Notes: generated by a model from the sequence alone, not told the origin. A stretch of DNA of 64,000 nucleotides from Eledone cirrhosa (GCA_964016885.1 OZ024740.1:87606001-87670000); one strand, 5' to 3'. Shown: positions 33,276-48,159, counted from the first letter of the stretch. Numbers and translations: made by a program.

Positions 33276-34379
33276 TTATAATATAATATATAAATGAAAA
33301 TAGAGAAATTAATGTGAGCAAGAATCCAACAGTATTTCATAACATATAAGTGACTATAACGTCAGAATGGAAAATAATTGACGCAAGATATGGGAAAATA
33401 ATTCAAACTCAATTTTTAAAAAAATCAAGACATTATATATATATATACATGCATCTGTGTCCTCAACTTCAGATATACTTTCACTGCATGTAAATATGCA
33501 TCTATGCAAACTTGTGATGTGATTAAATTTATCTTTGATTTGAGCATAGGTCTTGCTTAACATTTAAAGGGTGGATGGAAAAAGTGATAATGTCAGGACT
33601 ATCAGTGAAAGCTTGTTATTGTTTAATGACAGCTCTGCTTTGATTGATTTGAGCTAGAATCAACAGCATTCTAGCAATGAGGATTCCATCTTATTTTCAT
33701 ACATAATATATATCTAGGAATACCACCCCTTCCAATGATTTAGCTGATATTTCTTGCAGTATCAACACACATTTAAAGGCTTGGAAGATAAATGCAAGAA
33801 GAAAAGGGAAGAAGTGATATAAGATCTATGAAACTAGTAAAAGAATGTGTGAGACAATGCTGATATTCTTGGCAGTGTGGGCTCATTCAATCCAAAGAAA
33901 AATAAGTGTGAAAACAATAATGATAGTTTATTTTACTATTTAATTACCTAATAACATTAAGTCCCTCAGGAGGGAGATGTTTTGCTCTGAACAAAAAGGT
34001 GTAAGTTAAATTAGCTGGCATGTTCTTAAATGAAAACAAAGGGAAGGAAGAAACAATGTATTTTTATATTGAATATAATTGGTATTTAGTTATCAATCAA
34101 AAATCATTAAGGAAAAAGACATTGTATTTGATGATTGCAAACAACATTAATTATTTTCATATTTTACAGTACAATTGGGAAACAAATATAGCTTTCCAAC
34201 AGGTCAATTGCTGGTTCACTGTATATTCTGATGGTGAATATGAAAAACAAATGTTTGTGTAATTCGGTGAAGAACAGATATCACAAAGGATTGCTCAGAA
34301 AGCACTTCTGTTTCATTTTTCTCATTCTCTAATAATATTTTTTACTGATTTTCCTATCTGGTACTCTTCAGTATTCTGT

Positions 34380-34424
<45 letters not shown>

Positions 34425-34537
34425 TTCGTATTTCTAAAGAAATACGGATTTAAGAAGCCGTAGCTATGCAAACACAGGGGGAGGGGATAACGCCCTCTGG
34501 TGGTGTCCAGCAGAAGCAGGGGGGGGGGGGGGGGGAC

Positions 34538-34583
34538 AGCCATCTATGCATTTCAGGCTTGACTGGCCTTCATCAGGATGGTC
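34538..34583 (-). ncRNA. Minimal type I hammerhead ribozyme
   Basis: Reverse complement reads GACCATC-CTGATGA-AGGC cagtcaa GCCT-GAA-ATGCAT-A^GATGGCT. Confidence 0.83.
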
Positions 34584-34634
34584 CTTCATGTCCAGCAGAA
34601 GCAAGGGGGACAACCGTCTATGCATTTCAGGAGG

Positions 34635-34680
34635 GACCGTCCTGACGAAGGCCAGTCAAGCCTGAAATGCATAGACGGTT
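34635..34680 (+). ncRNA. Minimal type I hammerhead ribozyme
   Basis: GACCGTC-CTGACGA-AGGC cagtcaa GCCT-GAA-ATGCAT-A^GACGGTT, with palindromic stem III ATGCAT and an AUA site. Confidence 0.87.
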
Positions 34681-35014
34681 GTCCTCAAATGCATATTCCA
34701 TAGACATGCATAATCTTAACATAGCTCTCAGGGAGATTCAGCAGGACTCAGAATGGAACAAGGCTACACCTTAAATTACAGGTGAATGGACTGGAGCAAT
34801 GGGAATTAAAACCGAAAAACACAACACACCACCACGAGTTGAACTCGCAACGTTATAGTTTCTATCAACCAGATTTCATTTGCAAAGAAGTAGTCAACCC
34901 TAATTTATATTACAAAACACTTAATCAAGTTACTGAACAGTAGAGTTTAACATGGATCTTAGTTGTTGGGGAAATGAATTTCTTTACACAGCTACTCTAT
35001 ACACCATCTATTTT

Positions 35015-35190
35015 GTAGACACTCAGACACCATGATTTGATGCATAGAGTTACGGCCCTTGCCATTCTGAGTTCAAATCCCACCGAGGTTAACTTTGCCT
35101 TTCATCCTTACGGGGTTGATAAAATAAAGTATCAGTAATGCACTGGGATAATTGCTGGCCTTGTGCCAAAAGTAGAAACAATTATTATTA
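35015..35190 (+). mobile_element. Nin/Deu-domain-type SINE
   Basis: B box GAGTTCAAATCC followed by TTTGCCTTTCATCCTTACGGGGTTGATAAAATAAAGTA and an (ATT)n tail; many copies occur in the window. Confidence 0.8.
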
Positions 35191-38100
35191 AAAGAATGAT
35201 TTACTAAAAGAAAATGATATTCTACAAATTTATTTTTATATCTTTTTAAATTCCATCAAGTTTTGAATGATTCTAGAAATTCAGATATTTGCATAATTGT
35301 TTTTCAGGTTGAAGTTTTTTTTTTTTTTCATTTCTAAACAATTGCATGTACTTCCTAACAATAAAAAAAAACCAATAAAAATATACATTAGAATAGACTA
35401 TTTCAGTTTTGACTCCTCTGATATCAAAACCACCTCAAACTACACATGGTTCTATGATATAAAGCTGCATATTTTAAAGTGTTTATATTCATCTGAAACC
35501 TTTCATCATAATTTTATATAAGAATGTTTGTCGAGTTATGTTCCACTAACTTAAGATATTTATTTGACTAAAGCCTACCAAATTCTTCATTATCTGAAAA
35601 GTTATTTGAAAATCATAGGCATTGGTTTTCATTAAAATACTGTAATGAAGGGGTTAACTGATTTCTTTTCCATTACTATTTAGTCAGGGAGAGAATAGCA
35701 ATGCCTGAGATCCCATTTAAGCCCTCCTCCACTCCCCCAACTGCTGGGAGGAAGAAAAGCATGTTTTCTTTAGCAATACCACTAAACCACTGCCCTTGTC
35801 TGGTGCTTTGTATTATCAACTCTGAAAGGATAAAAATCAAAGTTCACCATTGCGAGATTTGAACTTGGAGTGCAGAGCGCCAGAACAAATATGCAAATAA
35901 TTTTGTTTGATGGTCTTAATAACTACCAATTCACAGTCTATACAATACATTATGTTGTTTAGCTCTAAGTCAGCCATTGTACAGCAGATTTATGATTAAA
36001 GGCATCCCAATCAGGAACTATCCTTTTTTAGAGATATGCAAGTGTATTCTTTCCTTACTTTTCACATGGTTAGGTGTGAATTGAGTGAGATTTGGTTGCT
36101 ATTTCTTGAAGATTTAGTAGCTACATAGAGGATCTTTTTTCCTCCTGGTGTCTTCACACCATTCCAGGCATAAAACATGCCTCTACTACTCTGGAACACT
36201 TACATCAGCTATGTTATATTTGTGTTAATCAGATATGTTTTTCCACTGAGCTGAACTATAAATTGCTTCACTGGATTTTTTTTTCTCTATTTTCAGAATC
36301 AAATATTTGATATAGGTCATTGTTCAGAGGTGTATTTAATAATGTAAAGGTAATTAGATAAATAAATTAATTAAAAAAAGTGGAAAAAAAAAGTAAATCA
36401 TTGACCCTCCTCTAACACCAAAGTAGCATGTATTTTTCAGCTTAAATAGATTGAAATTAGACTACATTGCTTACGGGCACAGCACCCTGGAATATTGAAG
36501 GGTTTGAACTTTTGATCTTTGGTCATTAATCATTTTCAGCAAATAAATTGAACACAATCACAAGTATTTAAACAATTTTATATAATTGGTTTTAAAAGCT
36601 ATATCTTGGCTCCTTACCACCACCACCACCACCATCATTATTATTGGAGAAGCAGTAAATTCTTGGCAAATGGAATCTACAGTACACTTTTTATATTCTC
36701 AGTTGGAATTGATTCACAAATATATATTAGAATTGTTGAACAAATGCTATAATTGTTCCTCTCCCCCATTACTGAAACCTACAAAACTTTATGCCTAAAA
36801 ATGAAATTATTAATACAAATATTTTTATTGTAAACATCATCATTACCATCATCATTATCATCACCATCCTTACAACCCCCATTATCAATCAGTCGAGCCA
36901 ACTAGTCAGCCTCATTGTGTTCACTCGACCTGCTAGAATAGCAGCCAAATCGATCAAAAATCACACCGTAAAAACAAGAAAGGAAATATTGGATAATGTA
37001 AATACATTATGCAGAACACTCCCATAGGGGTATTTTCTCTTAACCATATTGGATAATGCAGTCGGAAAAATATGGATGGCCATGGCAAGAATGCCTTTGA
37101 TCATTCATCTACTCATTCAGCATCAACCTGGGGTTAAATATTAAAAATAACATTAAATAGTATTTTATCTAAATATGAAATACCTTTATCTGTTATGATA
37201 AAAAATTACTATATTATTGAAAGCCATGATTGAGAAGATCTATTACCAAAGATGTTCTATTCCTAACCATCTTATCTTAAGACAGTGTATCTAGAAGCAC
37301 ATTAACCAGTGTCCTTTTATCAACATGGTAGAGTGTGATTTGAAGTGAAGGGTATTTGGCTATGATTTCTAGCAGAGCAAATGACCATGCAGAGGCTACC
37401 TCATTGACTTGAAAGCCAATGGTCAGAAAATGTTTTACCAATCTGTTAAATGGTTTTCCTTTAAATGTGGGTGGCTCGGCAGCAGCACTGACTCAGCAAT
37501 AGCATTATCCTAGATATATAAGCTCCATTCAATGTCTGCCTTATTTGCACTTTAAATTGGGTTAGAAAGAGAACATTGCTGAGGTATTTTCTAGGTCTAA
37601 AGAGGAAACATTTTGCAGGTGGTGGAGCATTTAGTTTTGGTAATATTATATCCAGGTCTACACTATAAATAGTGTACCCCATGGTTTGGATTTTCTGCCA
37701 TACTCTTCTTGTACATTGACAATTTATTTGCATCACATTTAACAATATCTGTACAGAAGATATCACCCTTCATGTTCTGCTAAAGTTCTATATTCCTGCA
37801 TAATTCAGATGCAAGCTAGACAACTCACACTAAATCTGAACAGATTGTGTACAGAGACATTGAAAATAGCTTCTAAAGAGGTCATAAAAGTCATTCAACA
37901 GCATAAAGATACAATCGCTATATATATTAGGAAAAAATAATTGTGCCACATCCACTAAACACAAACATCTCAACAAACACTAATTATCACTCTCACTGAC
38001 AAAAACATTTTCACCACAGCAAAGATGGCATCACAATAACTGGTCTTCTTTGCTTTTGAAAACCAGAAGAGCCCCAACTAATACTAACTCCTTATAAAAC

Positions 38101-39599
38101 TCAGGTGAAACAAATTACTATTCCAATATCTGGGGTTGTGCTGCTGCTACACAAACAGACATTCTAGACTGCAACTGGTATAAAATTGTTCACCAACACA
38201 CTCCAGCTTCTGATGCATAAACATGTCTCCTAAAAGACAATCTCCATGGGTGGAATTTCTTTGACCATTGATCTTTTCAATTAAAGTTGACTCAGGGCTA
38301 CACAACTTCACATTGGATTTATATATATATATATGCAGTTCAGTTGAGACTGGAAGTTATTACATCTTAACTATGGATACAATATAGAGATAGTGATTGG
38401 ATATGAACTATGGTTTCTTATAGTTGACTGACCCTAATCTCTTATTCAATTACTAATATAATTTAAGTTAGTTAAACAGTTGCAGTTTTACAAACTGGGC
38501 CCAAATCATTTCTTCATTTCATTGTTCTGAAATTCAACACCATTTTAATATTGGTGCTAAATTCAATACTCATTAGAAATATCAATTTAATATCTATTTG
38601 AGTTGATAGTGAATATAATCATAATCACCATAATTTAGATGTTCCCATTCACATGATAATTGTCATCTAATGAAATTAAAAATCTATGAATAGGCTGCTA
38701 TTATGACCCTGACAAACAATGGAAACTAAATAGAATCGACCAACATATCCAAAAGTAAGGCATCTTTTTATGTATCCTCTTGGAATTTAAAAACGACAAC
38801 AACTGCTATTGCTAATAATAGCAAGAACAACAACGATAATAATGATAATAATAATGGCAGATCTAAGAAAGAGATTTTGAAAATAGGTTTATAGTGTAGA
38901 TGAGATCCAGCATCCATTTAATTTCAAAGGTATCGGATTATAAAGTTAAATGAATATAAAGAAGCTAATTAAATTTGAACGACTTATAATTCAACCAACT
39001 AATATTTACCCTCTCTCTTATTGTCCAAATACAAGTCCCATGAGAACATTTAAGTTCCGAAACCCGATATGCTAGAGGGAATTTTATTTCGAGCACAAAT
39101 TCATGATGAAATAGAACATTGTGGAAACTGAAGAGTTTGAAACAAAAGAAGACATAAAAGAAATGTTAGATTGCTAGATTACAGAATGGAGTATTGGCAG
39201 AGTTGTTAGAACATTAGATGCCTTGCAATATCAGTTCAGTTCAAACCCAGTTAAGGTAAAATGTTATCCTTTCATTGAAGATTTGTTAGAAGGCTGGATT
39301 ATATTAAGAGTCTGTGCCAACATCAGAGACTTCTCAGGCTGCAGCTTATCCCACTTTCATTATATTAAGTGACTAAGAATGTGAGATTTTCCTCAGGATG
39401 GAACATCAGTCCATCATGAGTTAATACTCAGCTGTGCCTTGTCCCAATTTTGTTAAGCTAGATCAAGATGAAGCTAGATAAGCTGAATCAAGATGAAATA
39501 AAGTGTCTTGCTCAAAAACACAATGCGCTACCTAGTCATGGAAGTGGACCCATGACCTAATGATTGGTCAACTCCTTGTCATGAGGTCCTTCATGTTGG

Positions 39600-39760
39600 A
39601 TTATGAGCCCTGTAGTATTTGTTCTAGTTCTCTGTGAACTCTATTAAGTTCAAAAATTGTTGAGGTCAAATATGCCTTTCATTATTTCAAGGTTGATAAA
39701 ATAAAGTACCAGTAATACACTGGGTAATTGCTAGCCTTGTGCCTAACGTAGAAACAATTA
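39600..39760 (+). mobile_element. Degraded Nin-type SINE
   Basis: GCCTTTCAT..GTTGATAAAATAAAGTACCAGTAATACACTGGGTAATTGCTAGCCTTGTGCC. Confidence 0.65.
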
Positions 39761-42115
39761 TTTCAAGGTTGATAAATAAATTACCAGACTAAAGCAGTGA
39801 GTTGGCAGAATTGTTAGGCCTCTAGATGAGTGCTCCAGCGTGATCAGTCCAAGATAGAGAATATTTAATATATTTGAAGACCAATTACAACCAAAAAATA
39901 TTTTTAAAGAAATTGAATTAAATTTTAAGCCCCTAATACTGATTTTTCTGAAGAGCTGTGAAACAGGAAGATTGCAAAATGATCTGAATAACAAGATGCC
40001 ATGCATGTTGATACAATGAAAAGGTGAGCATATATGCTTAAAGACCTCATTATTCAATAAAAGGAATTTGGGTAAAATTAGAAAAATTGTGCCTGTGTTG
40101 AATACATGAAAATTTGTTAAAAATTGAATTTGAAAAATCCATGAATTCCATAAATTTAAAAATATCTAAATAATTATAATATTTTCTAGGGATTTCGAAT
40201 TTTTGAAAAAACACGATTCATTTTTAATTTAGATGTTTAAAGAATCAAAATTTTTGTTTGTTTTTATATGAATTTTATTCATTAAAATATCTAAATTAAA
40301 TTAAATTATTCTGTTTTATTTATTTATCTTTTCTTCTTCCTCTCCTCAAATAATTTATTCAAGAATCATGAATGGAATTATTCTACCTTGAAAATAAGTT
40401 CCTTCTCAGTTATTTTTGATTTTTACTGTTTTATTCTTTTAATTTTAATAAAAGAGACAAAGTTCTTCAAACAGGATAGAGAGACTGTGTAAAGAAATGT
40501 GTTGTTCAAAGTTATATTGCTGGAAGTTAATTTCAACTAAACCAAAGATTTCTAAAGAATGAAAAGGAATCACTGATTAGTGAATAAACAACCTTGTGCT
40601 TTTTAAAACAAATTTTTATGCATGTGTGCATGAGTATATACACTAAAAAACATACACATATACACATACATACACTTATACACAGAAGATCATTGTCTCT
40701 TCTATATCATTTGTTCATCTGTTGTTTCCCCACTTAATCTTTGAGATGTGTAGTTAAAGACTTCATAAGATTTTCTTAATCATTCAACATGTGTGAAGTA
40801 GCATTAATGTTCTGATCAAATTCAAATTTCAGAAATGAGAAAAGATCATCTTTTCGAACAGTTCAAAGAGAAGCATTTTTTTTTCTAAATGCATTTATTT
40901 ATTAGTGCAGATAATTGAACTTGTATATATGACATTAAAGTGATAATATTGGAGATGGTGGGGGGATGGGAAGAATATAAATGTAATATTATTGCTGAAG
41001 TAAAACTACAAAATATGAATGCTCCAATTTCGATGAGGATTTAGTTAGATCATCTGGACTACCAATTCATTAAATTGATGTGTAAGTGGTTGAGTATTCC
41101 GTACGCATATTTACTCTTAATGCAATATTTAGACTTTATCAGTACAACACATGATGGGTCTTCCACCACTTGATGATGAACACTCAATTGTCAACCAACT
41201 GAGCTACTTATTAAATTAATGTGTATGTGACTGAGTATTCCACAGACATATGAACCCTTAATACAATTTTTAGGCTGAATCTATGTGGCACAGCTCAACC
41301 TTTGAATTCCTTTTAATTAAGTCCCCACCTATTTTCTTGTGTGGCAGACAATCAGTCACCCAGTTTAACACCACCAACCTTGTGTGCCTATAGCAGAGTC
41401 TACTTTGTTGTAATCATTTAGACTAGGTCTCTAGTTTGAGAACAACTTTCTCCCTTCCTCCTAAAAATGGTTCTTGAGCACTGACCTTCCCTTTCTGAAT
41501 AAACAGTTTGAAAAAAAAAAAAAAAAAAAAAAAAATGACTTCCAAACAGTCTCCGTCCTCCCAATTTCCCTCACAAAAATTTGATAAGGCTATGGCCAAA
41601 GACATTTGCTGCTGGATATGTCATGAAGTGGGATTCAACCTGGATCTCAGTTGTGAAACAAATTCTTTCAATAAACAAAATAAAAATAAACCTACAATTA
41701 GTTTCCTTTTAAAAAAAAATTTTAAGAAAAAACTCTGGTTTCCATTCTTGATTCAGTAAAATTTACTTCCAAGAGAAAGACTGTACAGTTTATACAGTTT
41801 GGCATCTGTAAAAGGTGCCAATTAAACTAGAGAATAATGTTGGTGCTAATTAGATACAAATCAAAAAGAGGATATACAGGTGTTAATTTATTTTAAAACT
41901 GCCACATCAAAATAGTCAGTAATTTTGCGATGCATAGCCTCAGAGAAGTCAGATTTTAAAACCAAAATCTAGAAAATTGGTAACTGACTATATATGAATT
42001 ATAAATAGTAACAGAAATATGCAATTAAGCAAACAAAAAATATTCAATACAATAAAGAAGATTGGAGGGAAAAAATTATTTAGAAGTGAAATTATTTCTG
42101 TCTGATGAATGGAAA

Positions 42116-42285
42116 TGGGAAACTAGCAATTACCCAGTGCATTACTGGTACTTTATTTTATCGACCCCGTAAGGATGAAAGGCAAAGTCAACCTCGGCAG
42201 GATTTGAACTCAGATCGTAAAGGGACGTAACTATGCTGGAAAGCATGGCGTCCGACCCTCTACTGATACTGCCAATCCACCGCCA
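42116..42285 (-). mobile_element. Nin-type SINE
   Basis: Head GGCGGTGGATTGGCAGTATC on the minus strand, B box and Nin-like domain. Confidence 0.85.
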
Positions 42286-42799
42286 TTTCAGCTCTAAATA
42301 ATGTAGTCCATATATATCCTTTTATTCTTTCACTGGTTTCAGACACTAAACTGTGGCTATATATCTGATGTAAGCATCAAACCAGAAATCTTTGACAATC
42401 TTCAAATATTTCCTGCAGCATGTTTTCTAGGTTGAATTTTCACACTTCCCCTTCTCTCGTTTAGCATCCATTCTTATCTGTTAAATTGATCAGCAGATTT
42501 ACACATTGAAATATCTTTATGGAGCTGAAAGTATTTGTTATTTTTCTTATATCTTTTCCTATTAATAATCAGATTCTGATTGGCTGAAACTGTTGAAACA
42601 TCATCCACTGTATTTTCTGTTTATTCAAACAGGAGAAGTAGTGAAAATATAAGTATTGGGGAAGTAAAAAGCCTGGAAATACTAGAGGTTTGTTACTCTA
42701 TAAAGGCCTGGAAGAAGTGAAGGTTATTGCAACCAATGTAGTTGAAGGTAATCTACAGATTTGGTCTTTGAGATGACAAATGAAAAAGATGATAATTTC

Positions 42800-43352
42800 T
42801 AACCAGAAACTGGATATTGGGGTCTGTTAAATCAACCCCAACATTTGGCAGGTACTTTATTTTATTGATCCATGAAGTCACAGTTTACCTTAGTAGGATT
42901 TGAACTAAAAATGTATATAGCCAGAACAAATGTTGCTTTAATGATTGTTAATCCACTACAATAATAATAATGGTTTTTGATTTAGGCACAAGGCCATCAA
43001 TTTTGGGGGAAGGGAAAGTCAATTGAATTGACCCCAATGAACAACAGGTACTTTATCAACCTCGTAAGGATGAAAGGCTAAGGCACCCTTGGCCGGATTT
43101 GAACACAGAATGTAAAGGGCTGTAACTATGCATCAAAGCATGTTTGATGCTCTACTGATACTGCCAATCCACCAATAATAATAATAATTGTTTTTACTTT
43201 TGCCTCAAGGCCAGCAATTAGCCAGTACATTACTGGTACTTTATTTTATCAACCCCATAAGGATAAAAGGCAAAGTTAACCTCGGCGCGATTTGAACTCA
43301 GAATGGCAAGGGGCGTAACTCTATACGTCAAAGCATAGTGTCCGACCCTCCA
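42800..43352 (-). mobile_element. Three head-to-tail Nin-type SINE copies
   Basis: Repeated GGTACTTTAT..AAGGATGAAAGGC..GATTTGAAC modules separated by (AAT)n. Confidence 0.75.
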
Positions 43353-46300
43353 AAAAATAGAATGTGTTATAAACATGATAACAATCCTAGTTGTAATTTA
43401 CAGCTTTAATATCATCTACTGGAACATATGTAAAATTAAATGGATGGATAAAAAGATCTGAAAAATACCGGCATACAACAAAATGTGTCACCCCAAGGCA
43501 GATGTTGATTGTCTATACTTGCAGAAGAGCAAGAAAAGTATATAGGACAGCAACAATATGAATGTTTAGACAGCTATAGCACACAAAAGACTGGATGTTG
43601 CAGTAAATTCTGGAGCATGAGGTTACCCCCCCCCCCCCCCCCCCAAGATTGTACTCAGCTGCAAAAGAATGTTAAAGATATGACACTGAGCTTTTGGGAC
43701 AGTATAACATATTTGGAAGATCTCATTGCTATTTCTAGCAGGTCAAATAACTGATAGCATATGGTATTGTGCTAATATCTGATAAGTCTTGAATATAAAT
43801 TTGCTCTGTGTATTCATGTTTTTTATCACAACATTTCATTTTACATGCCTCAGTTCACCTAATTGTTGGCAGAGATACCAGATCATCAGGGAACATTACT
43901 TAGCTTATCTATATTACGTGTCTATCAAGAGATTCATATCTCACCTGCTTTGTGAAATTATATGCAAAGCATCGACTTTTAAGAAACAAACAATTTATAT
44001 TTAAAAAAAATAAAGTAGGATCATAGCTATTTTAGACAGAGAAATTGCAGTAAAGAGCAAACTGACTACTGATGTTTAGACTTGCTCAGTAAGTATAACA
44101 ATGAAAAATAAATGGGAGAGAGAAGAGAAGAACAAGCAATCTAAGAAGATGAGTAAAGATAGGAAAAGACAACGCATGGAAAACTTGAACATGTTTTTTG
44201 ACAAACTGCCTGCAACCACCCCAGGTTTTATGATACAAAACTATTCTAAAGTGTTTATATTTTTCTGAAACACTAAATATTAAAAAAATTAGCTATATCA
44301 CTAAATTCTTCCATATTCATCATTATTTTCAAAATGCTTTGAAAATCAGTAGCAGTGTATTCTATTAGAAATATGGTAATGAAAGGATTAAAAACAAATA
44401 TAGATATTTGTATTGAATATAAAATCCCTTAAGTACACACAGAAACTGGAGTTTTATCAACAGTTTTCCTGTTTTATGTTTTGGAATGTTTGACTATTCC
44501 TTTGTAAATTATTTATTAGAGGTTGATAAAAATATTAAAATACAAAAATCATTACTTTAACCCTTTTGATACCAACATACCTGAAATCACCCATGATTCG
44601 ATGATATAAAAATTATTATTTTAAATCATTTATATTTGAATTAATAACGTCCATCATAATTTTATAGGAGAATCATCGATTACTAGTTTAGTAATAATGA
44701 GTTATTTTACTGAATCCTTCTACATTTTGGTTATTTTCAAAATTAATTAAAACACATCAGTAGTGCATTTTTATTAGAAATATGGTCACGAAAGAATTAA
44801 AAATGGGGTTTTGGATAAAGATGGGAATTAATTAAAATAAAATTTTGATAGAAGTGATTGTGGAGAGTTATAATAATTTTCTTTAAACATGAATTTTTTT
44901 TTTGTGAAGCTTTTATTCATAACACTGATTAAAAAAGTAGCAACTGATACAATATCACCAACATGTTAGATTGTTGCTTAAAATCTGCCTTTAAAATCTT
45001 GGGGATAATTTAAATATTTTGTTGAGAACAAGCGTTTTTTTTTTAATTTGGTGTTGCATAACCTTAGGTTGGTCTTCAACTAGCAGTGACCCTATTAACT
45101 TTTTTCCAGACACATTCGACCTTGGACCACATTATCCAATGTATCCTTGATAGTCTGGTCTACTATTTTCACCAAGTTGAGCAACTGTGCTGAGGCTCCC
45201 TCATTAGCTTGTCTTGACAGTTTACTGAAAGGGTATTGTCATTTTACACACAGCTAACTTAAATTTATTCTATTGTTCCAAATGTAATTTTGCAAATTAG
45301 AAATTAAAAGGCATACTCTACAAAAACATTGTTTGCATATCTTAATTCTTCACTGAATAATTTCAGTAATTTTAAAGAATAAAAGTTAAAAGAAAGTAAA
45401 TTCATATAATCTGGTACAAATTCAAATTTAGCCATAGAACAGCAAAGCATTTGGAGAAATGCCACTTGAAGAGAAGCTCTCCATCAACAAGCAGCAGGTA
45501 GCCATGGTCTTCAGTTAAAATGATTTTCGCAAATCCTATACATGTCAAACTATAACAGTATTCACATAAAACCAGCTTATGCTATTCACCAATTTCTGCC
45601 TATTCAAACATCATGGGAAATGAAATAAAATTAAATGAATAGAATCCACATAAATGAAGAGGAAAGTGTGAAAATGTATTGTTCATACTGTCTTGCCTTA
45701 AACAAAACCATTCTATACTGCCTTAAATTCAAATCAGCAATGAATACTAACTTTTGGGGGACAATTCTAAACAATTGCTTTATTATAAGGAAGTGTAGTA
45801 ATTGGTTATATCTAGCCTATGTCATTTGAAACAAAATCTAGCTTTGGTAGACAGTTAATCAGATGTTGGAATGAACAACAACATTTTCATGTCAATTAAG
45901 TATCAATATTCATCATCATTTTATGTTTTCCATGCTGGCATATGTTGAATGTATTTTCAATGTCCAAGTTAGTTCTTATTAAGAGTTAGTGTCACCCAAA
46001 GTAACCAGAGGACTACACAACACTCATATGCCCACTACTTTACAAAGTGTATTGGGTGTATTTTAGCATGGTTTAAGTATGAGTGAGCTTATTTTGTGCC
46101 TTGCATGAGAAAAGAATCATTACTACTCTGCAATGACTATTCAAAGCAATGTGACTAAGGAGTTGAATAAAACAAGAAAAATTGATGAAAAAAGAACATG
46201 GGTGAGTGTGAGAGTATTAATATTATAGAAAGAAAGTATTCTTGTGAAACTTTCTTGCAGCCTCATATAAGATTACATTCAATGAAGTAATTGAAAGTGA

Positions 46301-46859
46301 AAAAGTTTCCATGAAACTTCTATAGCATTTGAGATTAATTTGAAGTGAAGATAACGTATGAAACCTGATTTATCCAGGAATGGAAGAACCATAATCACAA
46401 ATATTGAAGGTGTTTATGTGAAAGAACTGAGTCAAATATGATTTAGAAAGACAGATAATACATAAATTATATTTTAGCATCAATTCCTTGCGAGTGGATT
46501 TGGTAGAAGGAAACTGTAAGGCCCAGCAGGTATGAGAGAGAGAGAGAGAGTGAGGGGGAGTCAGTGTGTCTCCATATCGAACAGTTTAAAAAGTAGGTGG
46601 TGATATTTGTTTTTGTTCCTCAAAAACACTACAAATTGATGTTTTACAGATTGATGAATGTCAGCAATAACATTTATAGTACCTAAGAATAATAAAGTAC
46701 AGGCTAATGTAACAAAAGGCATGCAGCCATAGAAATACTACCTTAAATGTTGTCTAACCCATGTTGGTGAGGAACCGTGGGTGTAAAAACGAATATGATT
46801 ATTATTATAGTAAACTCCATTAACCATCTAATAAAAAAAATAAAATAAAAAAGGTGGTG

Positions 46860-47086
46860 GTGACACGGTATAAATCACCCAACCCTTACTGTAAAGTGGT
46901 CATTTAGGTGTCACAACAAAAAGCACCCAGTACTCATTGTAAATGAGGTTGACATTAGGAAGGGCATCCAGCCAAAATCAGTTCTGTATGAGCAAGACAT
47001 GGTCACCTGACCTAACATTGCCCACAACAGGACAACTTGCCTAACCCATGCCAGCCTGGAGAAATGGACGTAAAACGATGATGATG
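46860..47086 (+). mobile_element. RTE family C-type 3' UTR or bipartite fragment
   Basis: TTAGGAAGGGCATCCAGC..CTAACCCATGCCAGCCTGGAGAAATGGACGTAAAACGATGATGATG. Confidence 0.75.
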
Positions 47087-47124
47087 TTCTAATGCTGTAT
47101 CATGTGTTTTATAACCACATACTG

Positions 47125-47470
47125 TCATCATTCATCATCATTTCATTTTACGTCCGCTTTTTCCCTGCTTGCAAGGGTGGGACGGGAACTGATTCTGGCT
47201 TGATTTTTACAGCTGGATGCCCTTCCTAACACCAACCTCATTTACAGTGAGTGCTGGGTGCTTTTTTTGCCGTGGCACCTCCACGACCACTTTGCAGTGG
47301 AATGATAGGGACCCCAGTCCCTATCATCTCATTTCTACAGCTGAGTAAACTGGAGCAATGTGAAATAAAGTGTCTTGCTCAAGGAAACAACACATCACCC
47401 GGTCTGAGAATTGAACTCACAACCTTTCGATTGCAAGGCCAATGCTCTAACCACTAAGCCATGTGCCTCC
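47125..47470 (-). mobile_element. tRNA-derived SINE (same family as 10699-11035)
   Basis: Reverse complement aligns along its full length with 10699-11035, and the 3' end matches the LINE A tail. Confidence 0.88.
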
Positions 47471-48159
47471 ATTGTATTAACCTCCACTGTATTAACAAAT
47501 ATCAAAAATATCAAGACTGAATAAAGACCAGAGATAATCTTTACTTCAGTGTTGTGATGATATAACAGAAAATCTGAATAGAGAATCAATTTTCATTTTT
47601 TCACTTAATCAGAAGAGAGAGAGAGAGAGCAGTGTCCATGACACTTCAGTGTCTGAGACTAATGTGTTGGCAAAACAGAAGGGATCCTTAAATAGGAGAG
47701 CTCGTCCAAATGCTTGCAATAGAGCAAACTCTGCTAAAGGTACCCGGGGATTAAGTAGTGGGGTTAACCCTTTGATTATCACATTTATAAGGAAATATTT
47801 TGTATTTTAATTAATTAAATGAAGGATTTGAGATGAATTTACAAAAACTATTTCGTTAAGATGATATTTAAAACATGAAAAAATTTTTATATAGGAAGGT
47901 TTTAATTTTAATAGAAATCCTTTAAAATGGTCAGTTTTGTTGAATAGAAACAGGATTAAACCAAGTGATTGTTCCATCTGACTACAATAGGGTTTTAATT
48001 CAGGTATTTTGTCTACCATTTTACTGTTAGTGGCAATTTCAATTCAGTCAAGATTGGTGACAAAAATCTCAATCATATAAGATGAAGTACATTATATGAA
48101 TATGAAATGGTATGAATTGGTATTAGAACTATTGAATGGTTATATTAAAATATAGTTAT

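Larger units (their letters stand above)
34420..34690. mobile_element. Small element with a tandem minimal hammerhead dimer and inverted 5' segment
   Basis: HHR on the minus strand at 34538-34583, partial HHR on the minus strand at 34612-34631 (offset 74), complete inverted HHR on the plus strand at 34635-34680. It abuts (TA)n at 34383-34419. Confidence 0.8.

Noticed and set aside
42100-42130. CTGATGA..GAAAC motif
   Set aside because: No supporting helices, and it overlaps a SINE end; a chance match.
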